Positions 49,030 to 62,698 are shown, counted from the whole stretch's first letter. The stretch is 63,896 bases of DNA, filler included, from Gonapodya sp. JEL0774 (GCA_027604505.1; 30 parts of 30 records of this genome joined end to end with filler, not necessarily neighbours in it); one strand, 5' to 3'. Notes: generated by a model from the sequence alone, not told the origin. Program-made: numbers and translations.

Positions 49030-51445
49030 NNNNNNNNNNNNNNNNNNNNNNNNNNNNNNNNNNNNNNNNNNNNTTAATTAATTAANNNNNNNNNNNNNNN
49101 NNNNNNNNNNNNNNNNNNNNNNNNNNNNNCATCACACCTTCTTTCGTAGTATGGACAGGGCAAAACCCTGCAACTCCCGGAATTCTCGACAACCAATAGG
49201 TCAACACCCATACCTAACACCTTATACATCCTCAAAATAATCTGTACGATTGAACAGAGCCGTCTTCGGACTGTTTTGCCTATCCAAATGTTGTCTGTTG
49301 TGGATTGGTGGAATCTACCCTTCGCACCATCAACGTGCATCTTTTTGATGAGGCCGCTACGACAACCCAGCTGAAGGACGGCAATCACCCGTGTCAGGGA
49401 ATGAACCCGAAAACGCATTACATACATACAGTCCCATCATTCGCAATCAAAAGAACAGCTCGGGCATCAAAATGTGGATGGTTAGAGACATTTTACTGTA
49501 AAAGTAAGCTCACGCACATGCCTACAATTCCAGCTGGATAGACATCACGTGGTGAGCATCCACGATTTTTACGTGCACACTGATCCGGGACCTGGCGTAG
49601 TACTATTAGATTACGTTACAACGACAACACATGCACTCATGGATTCTCTGATAATGGAAACGAAGACGGCCGAATGGCTTGGAATTATGCAAAGTTCTCT
49701 AAATGTAACCTGACTCCCGGTAATCGACATTGTCGTCAAATGCTCCTATATTGGCATTCGGGTGTATCACAACCTGACGTAGATAAATGTGTCATGTTGT
49801 ACTACAACATTCGAACAGGACTGTTGGAAATGGGTAGTTTTCATAAGGAACAGCACGATCAACTCGGCGATGCTGAAGTAGACAAGTAACTGGGACAAAA
49901 CTATATGTGTGAAATGGACTCCATTATTGCATCTTGCCGAGTAAAACAGAAAACCTACTCGCAAACTACTGGAATATAAGCTGAGTGGGTTGTATGCAAT
50001 GTAATGTCACAAAAGCTGCGGATCCAAAAACCTCATTTTGGATCGTTTCACTGACTTCACCGGATCCAGAAGGCCACTAATATGGAGCTGGTTTGTCGCC
50101 TCCTAAACAGCTTTTTCCTTGTAAGGATATAAAATAGCGTCTAATACATATATGTAATTGTCTAATTACCTTTTTTGGAAAAAGTAGGTACTAAAGAAGA
50201 CTGGCGGGGGCACACAAGGGTTTTGAAATGTCGCCAACATGGCAACATTTCAAGCGTATTGACAGAGTACGGCAATAGAACTTAGATTCACCTTATAAGT
50301 GATTCAGATCCACGTAGCGAATCCATGCAGCTCAACAAGGCTCTATCGAGCAATACACAAATTCTTATTAGTAGGGTACTTCAATGAAACATAACAACAA
50401 ACGTATCGACGTAAAGAAACGGTGGATCCAAATAATGAACTTGGGGATCTCAGTGTATCGGGCTGGGGATCTAATGGTCGTGCCAAGCGGAGCCGGGTGT
50501 TGTGCCTATTTTCGAATCAAGTCTGTCCTGAGTATATTGGCGTTTTACAGTCTCACGCGTGTTCATACTCGATAGCACATGTCCACCAACCTACTGCCAT
50601 CTCTACCGTGGGTCCGTCAGATGGAATCCAATTCAAAAAATCAAAAATCTCAATCAACGTCTTCCTTTACAACTGCATCAGAGGCCTCGGTCGAGGTCGG
50701 TGATCCTGTCCCATACTTGATGGTTTCAGGAGACAGGAATTCACCTGGATATGTTGGGAGAAACGGGGCTGCGCCAAATCCACGCAACCGTTTGTTCGCA
50801 AGACGCAACTGCTCGGTGTTGTGTTGATTCCTTCAAAAATGAACAGTTATGGTATACAAACATGAACACAAGATCAAAAAAAAAAAAACACTACACTTAC
50901 ATAATTGTAGCTTCAGATGTTTTCCGGATTGCACCAAAATATAGCGAGCGCCAGTGGCGAAGGCGATTATGAAGATTGGTGGCTGGTGGCGATGCTTCAC
51001 GTTCCTCCGACAACTCCTGGAGAATGGCACTTTTCAATTCGTTGAACTCATCACGAGCGTCCTTGTACCCCTTTTGAAGCAAAGTCCAGTTTACACAATC
51101 TCCATCTTGCAACCTCGAGATAACACGTTGTTTCTCATGGAGCTCCTTGGTCTTCTCNNNNNNNNNNNNNNNNNNNNNNNNNNNNNNNNNNNNNNNNNNN
51201 NTTAATTAATTAANNNNNNNNNNNNNNNNNNNNNNNNNNNNNNNNNNNNNNNNNNNNCTCGCGCGTGACCACGCTCGGACACTTGCAGAGGGGGGGCGTG
51301 ACGTGTTTTGGGGATCGGTGGTTGGTGGGTGTGGGCTTGTAGGAACAGGGGGCATGGCACGTCGCGATTTGCACAGAGCCAAGAATTCGAAACAAGAACC
51401 GTGTGGTGATAATTTCTTCCCTCCTCCCCCGTCGTGTGGTTTCTA

Positions 51446-53283
51446 GGCCACGGTCCAGTCCCACGCCGCCGTGGACGCTGTCGTGGCCGGCATCTCGGCC
51501 GGCGCCGAGCGGGCCAGCACCATGATCGGTATCTCGCACAACGAGATCACAAGAGTAGCGTTGCAGGAGGCGGTGGAGGTGGTGAGTTGGGATCGGGCGC
51601 CGGGGGAGATCTGCGGGGGAGGTTCGACGGGCACCAGCTGTGTTCCCGGCCCATTACGTGTGTCGGATTTTTCACCCGTTGACTGTGCACCGTGCAGACC
51701 AAGGCAGGTTCCGACGCGCTCAAGAAGGGAGACTTCCGTCGAGCCATGGAGCTCCGTGATCCGGATTTCAACGAGATGTGGAGATGGTGAGCGTGTTTGC
51801 CCCGTATCAAAAGCCGGTGCCAGCCGGCCGCCTGGTGTCGAGTTTCTCACGTACACCAAAAGCCTCGGGGGTCGGGATGCATATGTCGACTGTGCATATG
51901 ATTAATTCGTGACCGTTTACACCAGTTGGGTCGATACGGCGCTCAAGGAAAACAACAGTGGGTGGAGTAGTAAGGGGAGGAGAAAGCAGGAGAGTAAGAT
52001 GAGTCGGGCCACAAAGGTACGGTTACCCCCTTCCCACAATTTGTGCCCCGACTCCACTGCTCGCCTTTGATATCCTGTTCTCCTTGATATCCTGTTCTCC
52101 CCTCAATCTGCACCGGACATGCCTGTGTCATCCACCGACCAGCCCCTCCGCTTTGCCCTCCTCCACTCGGGCGCACCCTCCCCCGGCATGAACCAAACGA
52201 CTCGCACCCTAGTGCGCTGCTTGCTCAACCGGGGCCACACACCGCTGGCCGTGCACGACGGGTTTCCTGGCCTGGTGGAAGGGAAAATGAGAGAGTTGAC
52301 GTGGGGGGAAGTGCACGATTGGGCCACCTTGGGCGGGAGCAAGCTCGGGACCAGGAGGGATCATCCCGTGGTCGGACGTACACGTGCGGGAAGAGGTGGA
52401 GCGAGTCCGGTGAGGGGGAAGGCTATGGATCCGCAGATGGTGAAAGAGGCGATATGGAGAAACGAGATCGACGGGTTAGTGGTTGTAGGAGGCTTCGAGG
52501 GGTTCGCGGGATGTGTCGCGTTGAAAAGCGTGAACGTGGGTGTACCCCTGGTGGTGATACCGGCGACGGTGAGTCGATCTGAGGTCAAGCTGATACTGCT
52601 CTTCTGTAACTCTCGAACTGAGATTTTGAGATCTGATATTCTCACACTGCTGCGACCCCCAGATCTCCAACAACGTCCCTGGAACCGAGTTTTCCATCGG
52701 ATCCGACACCGCGTTGAACGCCATCATCGAGGCAACGGATAGGCTTTTGCAAAGTGCGGATTCTAACAGGCGGAGAGTGTTTGTGGTGGAGGTGATGGGG
52801 GGCCAGTCGGGGTGAGTGCTGATCAGGGAGGTGATCTCTCGACACTATTCCGATGCATCTTGCACAATGTCCCGGTATGGGTGGATCCTTGCGTAGATAT
52901 CTTGCCACCATGGCCGGCCTCGCCTCAGGCGCCATGACCGCGATCACACCGGAGCACGAACCCTCTTTGAAATCCATCCAAAACGACCTGTCCCATCTCA
53001 CGTCCATGTTCCTCCGAGAGCGATCACTCACTCACCCACAAGTGGGTCGCTTGATCGTGCGGAATGAAACCGCGGGGGGACAGGCGTTCACCACAACGAC
53101 GCTCGCGGCGATTTTGGAACGGGAAGGGAAGTCGCTGTTCGACGCGCGTGTGGCGGTTTTGGGACATTTACAGCAGGGGTGGACGCCAAGCCCTCTTGAT
53201 AGCATTAGAGCGGTGCGAATGGCCGCGAGTGCGGTGTCGTGGCTGGAAGAGCAAGGGGTCAACGATTCGGATGAGGCGGTCGT
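51446..53283 (+). CDS. 6-phosphofructokinase, internal part (linker + C-terminal regulatory half)
   Basis: [78 protein letters not shown]. Confidence 0.94.
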
Positions 53284-53383
53284 NNNNNNNNNNNNNNNNN
53301 NNNNNNNNNNNNNNNNNNNNNNNNNNNTTAATTAATTAANNNNNNNNNNNNNNNNNNNNNNNNNNNNNNNNNNNNNNNNNNNN

Positions 53384-55408
53384 GTTAAAGCGTTGAGTTT
53401 GCGGTAATCAATGCAAAAGCGCATCTTGCCGTCTTTCTTTGGTACCATCACAACCGGTGACGCCCATTCACTCTCCGAAGGTTGGATAATGTCGTCTCGC
53501 AACATATCCGCAATCCCTTTAGAGATCATCGCTTTTTCAGACGGGCCAACCCTGTGGGGTCCGGATTTGATCGGTTGTGCGCCATCCACCAAATCAATAC
53601 GGTGCTCCACCGTGGAGACCAAGCCCGGAGTATCACCAATACTAAACACATCTCTGTTCTTTTTCAAGAAATCCATCAAACGATCACGTTCTTCATCACG
53701 AAGGTCGCTTTGGGACAAATCGAGTCCCTCAATCTCTGCTGCCGCCGCCACTTCTGGTGTAAACACCACGGGTTCGTTCCTGCGTGACGGGACTTCATTG
53801 CCACGACGGTCAAACCGTAAGTTGAATTCAACGGGCTCAGCGTCGATCTCGTTCATTTCCGCAATATAATCCCCGGGATGTCTGAACTCAAAAGTCGCAA
53901 CACGTGAGTTCGCCGGCACCAATATTGGTGAGGTAGTCCAATTTGTTAATAGTGTAGAAATTACACCCGCAGCCTCCATTTTGTGCACGCCTTTCGCAAT
54001 CATGACGCCGTCTCGTGCAGCAAACAAATCGTTTGCCGTAGTGGACACCTCGCGCCCTTCATTTTCTTTTACACGCAAACTCGGGTCTGCGGGAATGAGG
54101 CGAACGTATGCACGTGATTCACCAGGAATTTGAACGGCGTCTGCTAAGAGCAGTCCGTAACCGTCATGCTCATCTACTGCCGGTTCCGCATCCAACCGCA
54201 CATCGATAGCGAGTGGTGTAGAATATCCCGTCGTTTTAACTTTCGCTTCCCAAGAAAGCGGGAACTGGAGAGTTTGCGCCCGCCAATTGATTAACAACCC
54301 CGTTGACGTCTGAAAATCGGTTCCCAACACGAGTGGGCGGTGCAAGTTTTCCACGACATGCAACCACTGTGTGACAGGTGGGCCATCCGCAAGGCGAATT
54401 GTAGCACGAAACACAATGCCAATAGACGTAGCATATGTGCCTGACACACCGAGCGTCATGCGAATCTTGCATGCGTTTGCTCGTTTACGAAAATCGTACT
54501 TCCCAGCAATCGAATCGCGGTAAATGTCCGCGCGAATAGCCGAAAAGTTAGCACCGGAGTCGAGCAGCGCATCGTCAAGCGATACACCGAAGACTTGTGC
54601 TTTGATCAGCGCCGTGCGGTGCCGTATTGCGCCATTGTCCTCATCTACAGCGCCGGGCGCGGCCTCCACTTTCATTAACGTCGGGACAGTACCATGTAGG
54701 TTGCTGTCATGTTCATTCACCCGTTCGTTGTGTGGCGGTTGTGCAAGGAGTGTGCTGACAGGCACCTCCTACACAAAACAGTGAGACGGTCAGTGGTGCG
54801 TCAACCACACCAAAACACTGGAAACATACCAATGTAATGGGATCATCCACAAGGGACTTCTCGGCCACATTATTCATGTGAAGCTCAGGGGGGTCTCGCA
54901 CACCCTACGCATCAATAATTATAATTGACAGCGTCAGCGTTCCGAGGGACTGATACAAGCCCCGCTTGACTTACATCGTCTCCGGCGATGTTGCGTGCGA
55001 TCTCGACACACAGCGGGGAAGCAACCCGGACGCGAGGAACTCGTTGCCTAAAACGGAGGACAGACGAGGCGGAAGGTCAGATATATCGGTATTCGGACAA
55101 AAACCGACGGAATAATTGACACAACGTAACCCCCAGCACCGAGGCGCTGTGCTGGTTGCAACGCCGTCTGCCTTACGCATTGGCCGGCCGACCGTTGCGC
55201 CGCTGGACAGTATGCAGGTCTCGTTGGATCGTTTTTCCAATCTAACCCCCCTGAGATCACGCCATAGGGAGGTCACATCCCTACTTAGGGCGCCAGTTCA
55301 AAATGTCGTTCGGAGTGGCAGACTGTGCACGCAGTCAGGTGACCCACTAGTAAACAAAACGGTGCCCATGTACCACATTAATGTCGGGTACACGTACAAC
55401 GGTTGCAA
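53384..55408 (-). mobile_element. Ty3/gypsy LTR retrotransposon fragment: degenerate gag region, protease, RT N-terminus (pol ORF 54765->53384)
   Basis: Protease ALLDSGANFSAI...LVLGTDF; RT EHRIDL..PIK..WASPVVMVPKKDGKMRFCIDYRKLN. The upstream region has stops in all frames and a decayed knuckle CTVCHSERH. Confidence 0.95.
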
Positions 55409-55617
55409 NNNNNNNNNNNNNNNNNNNNNNNNNNNNNNNNNNNNNNNNNNNNTTAATTAATTAANNNNNNNNNNNNNNNNNNNNNNNNNNNNNNNNNNNN
55501 NNNNNNNNGAATTGAAGAATGCAATGAACCCATATTTTTTGGTTCGTAGTGCGATTTACATAAGGGAGGTGACCGACATACAATTGGGATAATTGTGCAA
55601 AGGTGACAAACAACATC

Positions 55618-56259
55618 CTACTTCCTATCACGCCGCCTCAATTTACGAAGTTTGTGTTTGTTCATCTTCTGTAGTTGTGAAGTGGCAAAAATCTCGTCAG
55701 GCTGTGTCCAGGTTAGGTTGGGAAGAGCACTCACCGTCATCCTGAGTCTCTTTATGCTAACTCGTAGTGTTGCCGTTTCCAACTTTCGCTTGCTCGATTC
55801 ACCATCAATGTCCAGAACACGAGTACCCTCGCGCACACAAGTTTGTTTTGGTGCAGTTGGATGGAACTTTGCAGCGCCTGACCGTACCCTTTCTCCAATC
55901 GCGAGTAGAGTGAACAAATCCCCTACACCATTATTGTCCGAGGTATTCGCTTTCCTATCGGGAGCAGCCAACATCCAGCTGGCACCGAATTTGTGTCCAG
56001 ACTCTTGTAATGAGCCAGCAAACGTCCCTTCCACAGCACGTGCCTCTTCTGACAAGTTCGGCACCCACGACCGACCCGAAAACTCGTAGGAGCTGGCCGA
56101 TTGAGGTGCCCAGGTGGGAGAAAGAGGGGAAGCTCTGGCCAAAACTGCATTTCCGAGACCTGCATTTGCCCCACCTGATATCGCAGATTGAGCCTGGATT
56201 GCGCACAAGACTCCCGGGGAGAGGATTGGTGATGCCCTTGTAGCCAGAGAAACGCTCAT
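55618..56259 (-). CDS. Mitochondrial mS38/Cox24-like (DUF1713) protein
   Basis: Removing the in-frame 66-nt intron at 55669-55734 gives SIKRLRMTKMNKHKLRKLRRRDRK*. The N-terminus resembles a presequence. Confidence 0.75.
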   Translation of the reverse strand: MSVSLATRASPILSPGVLCAIQAQSAISGGANAGLGNAVLARASPLSPTWAPQSASSYEFSGRSWVPNLSEEARAVEGTFAGSLQESGHKFGASWMLAAPDRKANTSDNNGVGDLFTLLAIGERVRSGAAKFHPTAPKQTCVREGTRVLDIDGESSKRKLETATLRVSIKRLRMTVSALPNLTWTQPDEIFATSQLQKMNKHKLRKLRRRDRK

Positions 56260-56684
56260 CGTGGACCGGATCGTGTTGTTGTGTTCGGGAAGGCTTCACT
56301 TCAGGCTTGTGCCAACAATATGGTGCAATTCGGATCATGAGACAACCCAGGGACTCAATCTCAGTTCTCTCATCAACCTACACACAGTGAGTTTGGTTGG
56401 CGCAACCAAGGCATTCGGATGATGCGCATATTTGGCAAAGACTCTGGAGCGGATTGCTGCGCGAACGCCTCGGGTCATCGGGAGCGCAGGCTCATCAAAA
56501 TTTGAGCACAGCGTAACCCGTCACTGGAGGGAGCGGAAAGCGTCATCGGGATTCCAACAATAAGACAGTCCTTATTGATGACTGATGCTAATGCAAATCC
56601 TATCATACTCTTTTGACAGGCTCGACATTTGGACTCAATTTCCTCACCAGATCCAGTTGCTCTAACCGAAACTCCACACGAAAG
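56260..56684. promoter_or_regulatory. Probable bidirectional promoter between the Cox24-like and G-alpha genes
   Basis: 425 nt between divergent start codons within one contig. No specific sites identified. Confidence 0.5.
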
Positions 56685-57532
56685 ATGGGCATGTGTCAAA
56701 GCGCCGAGGAGAAGGAGGGAAAGAGGAAGAATGATGAGATTGAGAATGAACTCAAGAAGGAGCAACAGAAGATGCGCAATGAGGTCAAGATGTTACTGCT
56801 CGGTGAGTGATAGACAACAGGAGCTGCGCGAGCAGCATGAGAACGTTTGGGGAGCCCTTTGAGCAACGCGTGTGTGGAAAGCGTTGCGAATGGCGTGCAA
56901 TTTAAATGATTTCCAGGCGGTGGCACTCAGGATCTTACCGCCAAAAATTGGAGTTCTACCCTTATTTTGCACGCTCCAAGTCCACCTAAGTTTCTTCTCT
57001 AGCTCGCTGAGCTTACTATTACTCGTTCTTTAGGCGCTGGCGAGTCGGGCAAGTCCACCATTCTCAAGCAGATGAAGCTCATTCACGACAACGGTTACTC
57101 TAACGACGAACGTGAAGCATTCAAGGAGATTATCTTCTCAAACACTATCCAATCCATGCGCGTCATCCTCGAGGCCATGGACCACCTCGGCATCGCTCTC
57201 GAGAAGGACACAAGCAAAAAACATCGAGAAGTGCTCATGGCACTCCCACCACAAATTGAGGCGGAAACCTTTCCTCCCGATGCTGCCGCAGCTGTAAAGG
57301 CACTGTGGGCGGACACAGGAGTCATGGCTTGCTTTGACCGGTCGAGAGAATATCAACTCAACGACTCAGCGCGATAGTGAGTCGCAAAGTCTCACTGCGA
57401 GACGAAAAAAATGCATCGATTCCATCAAACCTTTGATCACTGACTGTACTTCTTTTATTGTTTGGCTAACCATTCCAGCTACTTCGAGGCCATTGACCGA
57501 ATCAGCGAGAAAGGATTCACACCGACCGATCA
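56685..57532 (+). CDS. Heterotrimeric G-protein alpha subunit (Gi-like, fungal group I), 3' truncated
   Basis: MGMCQS acylation motif; KMLLL|GAGESGKSTILKQMKLIH; RSREYQLNDSA. Confidence 0.96.
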
Positions 57533-57632
57533 NNNNNNNNNNNNNNNNNNNNNNNNNNNNNNNNNNNNNNNNNNNNTTAATTAATTAANNNNNNNNNNNN
57601 NNNNNNNNNNNNNNNNNNNNNNNNNNNNNNNN

Positions 57633-58833
57633 ATTTGTCCCTGCAGAGCACTGTGGTCCGATACGCCGTGCGCGACTGTCCTTTGTAATCCCAGTTGCCG
57701 GTATCTGTTGATCGAATAGACGCATACGTAGTAATACGAGACATACGTGTGAATGCTCACATTTCCTACCAGCTCGATTGTGACAAACGTGAGGAAACTT
57801 ACGCTGCACTAGTCGGTTGTCCCAGATCTGGTGATTTGAAGGAGGATCAATGGTTTCATGCCTTCACGAAGCATCTCGTTTTCCAGTAGACACAAAGAAA
57901 CGTACCGTCAAGGAGTGTGCTGACCAACGGACTCTAAGTTGGCACTCGCTAGCGCTCGCGGTGACTAGCTCGGCGAGGTCTAGAAGAGCTCGCGATTCGT
58001 GTCGGCTCAAACCCAAGATCTGTGTTGTGAACGAAGGGTTCACGTAAAGGCTCTGAGAACGCAGTCAGAGTCAGTTGTGTGAGGACCGTTGTGGGTTAGT
58101 TCCGAGAACCTACTTGTAGGCCGCTCCGTGGGTGTGTGATGACGCAGGGGTGCGTTGAGCTGGGATATTTGGGCGCCTGGACTGCTTCTGGAAATCCCCC
58201 TAAGCCATCATCCGTTTTCCGATGTGCTCTTCCATAGTCGGAGTCGTACACATGCTGGGAAGGGTGATATCCCTCGTGCTGCTCGAACACGGATCGCACT
58301 GATTTCGAGAACTTGTTCAATACGCCAGGCATGAAGGCGAAGCTCGTATCTCCACCGCCGTGCTCTGGTTGCTCAGTTACACGGAGGATGGTGTATTTGA
58401 CGGGAGGATTCTCGAATGTGCAGTCAGCATGCCTGTTTGTATAGATGTGGAGTTTCGGTAATTCACAACAGAATGAGATCAAATCGGGCCGTTTGGACAC
58501 TCACCAACCGCCTGATCCAAATGAGTAGTTACTTTTCCCATCCACTTGAATTCTTAGTACTTCGGGGTATCCATCGAGCGATTTGACTGATGGGAAACGA
58601 TGCAGTTCACCGAATCTCTTGGAGAACGCGATTTGGTCATCCAAAGAAAGTTTCTCCTGCCCCGGAAAGTGAATGACTCCTCGGACGGATATGAGATCCG
58701 AGACATCAAGTATGTCCTGATCGGTGAGGTTGCCCAGCTCGGCCGAATGGACGATGGTGCCGAATACGGGTGTGATGGATTCCTGTCGAAAGCGAGGAAG
58801 CAACGGACGATCTGGATCTGCGTCGAGAACCAT
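57633..58833 (-). CDS. TauD/TfdA Fe(II)/2-oxoglutarate dioxygenase, 3' end truncated
   Basis: GW|HADCTF (HxD), GGGDT, HPCVITHPRSG, LYVNPSFT, IWDNRLVQ|HTGNWDYKGQSRTAYRTT. Confidence 0.93.
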
Positions 58834-59192
58834 TTTCTAAAGCCACGATCGAGCGAATAACTATGCACTGGGGACGTTTACCTATGACTCTATTTATGGC
58901 GTGATCAAGCTTACGCCATTATCCACCTTTCCTTCATGTCAAACTGCGAATACCTTTGTTGACGACTCATTCTGGTGACAACCCATTCGCGAAGTCTGTC
59001 TGCTTCAGAATACAGCTGAGGTCGCTTTGAAGGAGGCGCTTGGACCGATCTTACGGTTCTCACATTATAATTATGCAATTGCATACTGGTGTGGATCACG
59101 TGAAGTCGACTCTCATTTATAGCAGTTACGAGGAAACAGTACAGAATACAGTGCATTTATTGATACTAGAAATGTGATAGCGTACTTATAAT

Positions 59193-59655
59193 TCAAGTTT
59201 TCACAACCCAGACCTTCCGCCCATCCCATCCCCGCAGTGAAGCAGGCCAAGTTGAGCTGCGATTGTACCATCGAAAAGTCTCTGCCAAAATGCCACGTTC
59301 AACGCCAAGGATCGGCCGAAATTCATATGTACAACCAACTCCAAATGGTCGATCTGCATTTTGTCCTATAAGCATCCCCAAAAATCTACCCAGTTGTGGA
59401 GACGGAAGGAGTTCTTGTAAGGTTTCGTAGTCTGGAAAGTGTGGGAGGACCAGTCGATCCACAACAACCGAGGTGACACTCGGGAAGACTTTGGCGAGAG
59501 AACAAACGAGATGGTGAATGCTCAACACTGAAGGTGCATTAATGATAAAGCGAGCAAATATGTCGAAATGAATCTTGCGAATATGTGGAAGGACCAATGA
59601 AGCATGTTCAGTGGGAAGGAAATCCTCCCAAGTGAAATCCCTCCCGTCAGATAAA
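59193..59655 (-). CDS. C-terminal fragment of a hypothetical protein
   Basis: Open frame of at least 134 codons close to the contig edge. No family recognised. Confidence 0.35.
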
Positions 59656-59799
59656 NNNNNNNNNNNNNNNNNNNNNNNNNNNNNNNNNNNNNNNNNNNNT
59701 TAATTAATTAANNNNNNNNNNNNNNNNNNNNNNNNNNNNNNNNNNNNNNNNNNNNCATCCACCCAACACTCCCCTACCCCAACTCCAATCCACTCTCAA

Positions 59800-61600
59800 G
59801 CCACAAATCCGCCTTCGACGACCCCAGATGCGAATTCAAACAGGGCGACCTCTCTCGACAAGGTGAGACTCAAAACACCTGTCCGAGTTGGGTCGGCAGG
59901 TATACTCGTACCGTACCCCCCTCGCCCGAGCAAACCATCCATTATCTTCTACTACCACCGCTGACCCTCCCTTTCCCTGTTGTCCCTTCCAACCCACCAA
60001 CCCACCCCCCCGCCAAAACACACACACACAAAGCCGTCGCCCAATCCGCCTTCTCCCGCCCCGACGGCTCCTCCTTCGACCTGGTCTTCAACTTGGCCGC
60101 CGAGACAAAGTATGGGTTGGCGGGAGAGGTACGTGGGGCGTGTGGGGGGTGTGGGGTGGTAGGTGGGGTGGTGGGTTAGGGCTAGTGGTACTGCGGTGTC
60201 ACGTGGTTCAAGTGGTGTGGGTGGATGGGTGGGGACCCGCCGCGATGGGGTCGATTCCACTTTCGGGTACAAACAGACCGCTCTCCCACCACCTCAGATC
60301 TACGACCAGAAAACCCTCCAAGTCTCCGTCACCGTGGCCACCGAGGCCGCAAAGCGGGGCGTGCGGTGTTTTGTGCAGGCCAGCACCGCGCAGGTGTACG
60401 AGGCGCAGGATAAGGTGGGCTGGCTTGGGTGGTGGGGGTGGTTTGGGGGTGGTGTGGGGGGGTGGGGGGGGTGGAGGGGGGAATGGGAAATTGGGAATGA
60501 CGGGGGGAATGGGAATGGCAGTGGGAATGAGAGCGAGGAGAGCCGACCTGCCTGACAGGGAGGAATGAGGATGAGGAACGGCCTCGCACCTCGCACGGCC
60601 GTACGGACGTCCGCGTTGACCCGACACCAGCGTCCCCACGCACACCACGCACAACCCCACAACCGGCCCACCCGTAACACACAAATGAACAAAACACGAA
60701 CAAGCAACACGCAACACACCCCCACACACACTCACACACTCACACCGCGCGCACGGCGACCACCACCAACGAAACCCCCATTCGCGGGTCGCGGGTCGCG
60801 GGTGAGGACTGGACTGGACTGCACTGGACAGCACAGGACAGCACAAGACAGCACTGGTAGGCCCGTGGATGGATGTGATCGCGGTGCCACACGAACGAAC
60901 GAACGAAACGAAGCAACACAAAACAACTCAATGAAAAATCCACCCCTTTGGTCCTTTCTTCCTTTCCTCCTTCCCCTTCAACCCCCGCCCCCCCCTTCCC
61001 CCCTCCCCCGTGTCCCCCTTTACCCCCCACCACCCACCCCCCACCCCCCACCCCCCACCCTCCTCGCCCCACCCGCAGCACCCCGCCCGAGAAGACCACA
61101 AGATCAAGCCGTGGACCGGGGTTGCAAAGTCGCTGTACAAGGCAGAGGAGGAACTGAGGAAAGTGGAGGGGTGGGTAGAAAGGAGGGGGGGCGGGAAAAT
61201 GCGGAGCGCAGTGGGGGGGGAGGGTACTGGGACTTGGACGAGGGGAAGAAAGGTGACTAGGTGGCGACCTGGGCGGCGGGCGTGGAATTTTGCCATGTGC
61301 GATATATGCGATGTGATGCGCGGCGGGACGATAGCACATCCAAGTGAAGCCCGGCGGCGCGTGGGGACGACCACGGACACAGCGGGTGGTGTGGCTTGGC
61401 GTGTTGTGTCGTGGGAGCTGGAGCTGTGGAGTGCCACGGTCTCACCATGGTCCCCCGTTCGAACACCCCACTCCCCGCCCTCGCGCACATTCCCTTTCCC
61501 CCCCGCCCCACCCCCATCGACACCGACCCGCGACCCAGCCTCAACCTCGTCATCGTACGCCCGGCCATCGTGTACGGCCCGGGGGACATATACGGTATAA
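59800..61600 (+). CDS. NAD-dependent epimerase/dehydratase (extended SDR), internal exons with long low-complexity introns
   Basis: CEFKQGDLSRQ; FDLVFNLAAETKY; FVQASTAQVYE; KIKPWTGVAKSLYKAEEELRKVEG; LNLVIVRPAIVYGPGDIYGI. Confidence 0.88.
60784..60915. repeat. Intronic microsatellite cluster: (GCGGGTC)n, (GGACT)n, ACAGC/ACAGG units, (ACGA)n
   Basis: Read directly from the sequence. Confidence 0.75.
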
Positions 61601-61904
61601 GTAGGTGGCACGTTTTTCCATCCCCTTTCCCCCTTCCCACGCCGTCCACTCACCCACCTTGGGGGGCGGCCCCCCCCCCCCCCCACCCCCCCCACCAAAG
61701 CGCCCGGCGGGCGGCCCCCAAACACAACCAAAACAACACAGGAAAAGGAACGCAGCACGGGTGCGAACTCCAAACANNNNNNNNNNNNNNNNNNNNNNNN
61801 NNNNNNNNNNNNNNNNNNNNTTAATTAATTAANNNNNNNNNNNNNNNNNNNNNNNNNNNNNNNNNNNNNNNNNNNNATCTCACCCTCCTGATAGCGACCG
61901 AACA

Positions 61905-62371
61905 ATGGCTTACGAGGATCATGAGCGTGCACTGGATGCCGCACTTCGAGAGCTGGCGGACTCGTTCGGAAATATTATCAAATCCTCAGGAGCTGGAAGG
62001 AAAAGAGACTCGCTGAAGTTTCGGAGTTCGCAGGAGCGACTGACACTCCAAACGGAGGCCGCTAACGTCGTGCGTACAGAATCATAACTTCATTCAGTGG
62101 GGGCAATAGGACCGGGGTGATTGATTAAGCTCATTCCGCTGGTTTATCCTCTATGGTCGCACAGGTTCGGTCCACCGAACAAATACTCACAATTATTGAC
62201 ATCCTTAAGCAATCACTTCTGTTACATGATTATTCTGCGATGGCGCGGCAGCTGGCGGAACGAAGGGTTACACTTGAAGAGTCGTCCGACCAGGATCTCG
62301 AACGGCGAGCCAACCTTTCCACATCACTCGACAACATACTGCGACGACTCGAGAAGTACGGAAATATGTAA
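61905..62371 (+). CDS. MED22: Mediator subunit 22 (Srb6), 2 exons
   Basis: LADSFGNIIKSS...LQTEAANV|VRSTEQILTIIDILKQSLLLHDY matches the Med22 core. Confidence 0.8.
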
Positions 62372-62698
62372 GCGTAGCTACTCGCGAAGTCGCGAACCCA
62401 TTTTGTGTGGTGCAGTTGAGAACGTGCTCGGCGCCATTGGCTCCATAGAATGTCCTTCTCGGCTGAACAAACTCTCACAGCAAGGAATGTAGTCTTATGC
62501 TCTCCGTCAGAGTCATTGCAATGATTCAGTCAGAGCTATTTCCAAGTTAGAGAATCATGTACCGATGTTCTAGTCCATTACTTGAGTGGAGCATACGGAT
62601 TTTTGACTGTCATTTCAGCTCCTTCGTCACACACATCATAATGATATCCATACTCAATAGTCCCGAAGGGGGAATGTGGTGTTGACTGATATCCTGTC

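Noticed and set aside
49130..51157. Possible RNA gene or element in a gene-poor contig
   Set aside because: No tRNA, rRNA or snRNA motif and no terminal repeats were recognised. There is only a weak spliced C-terminal fragment on the minus strand near 50650-51157.
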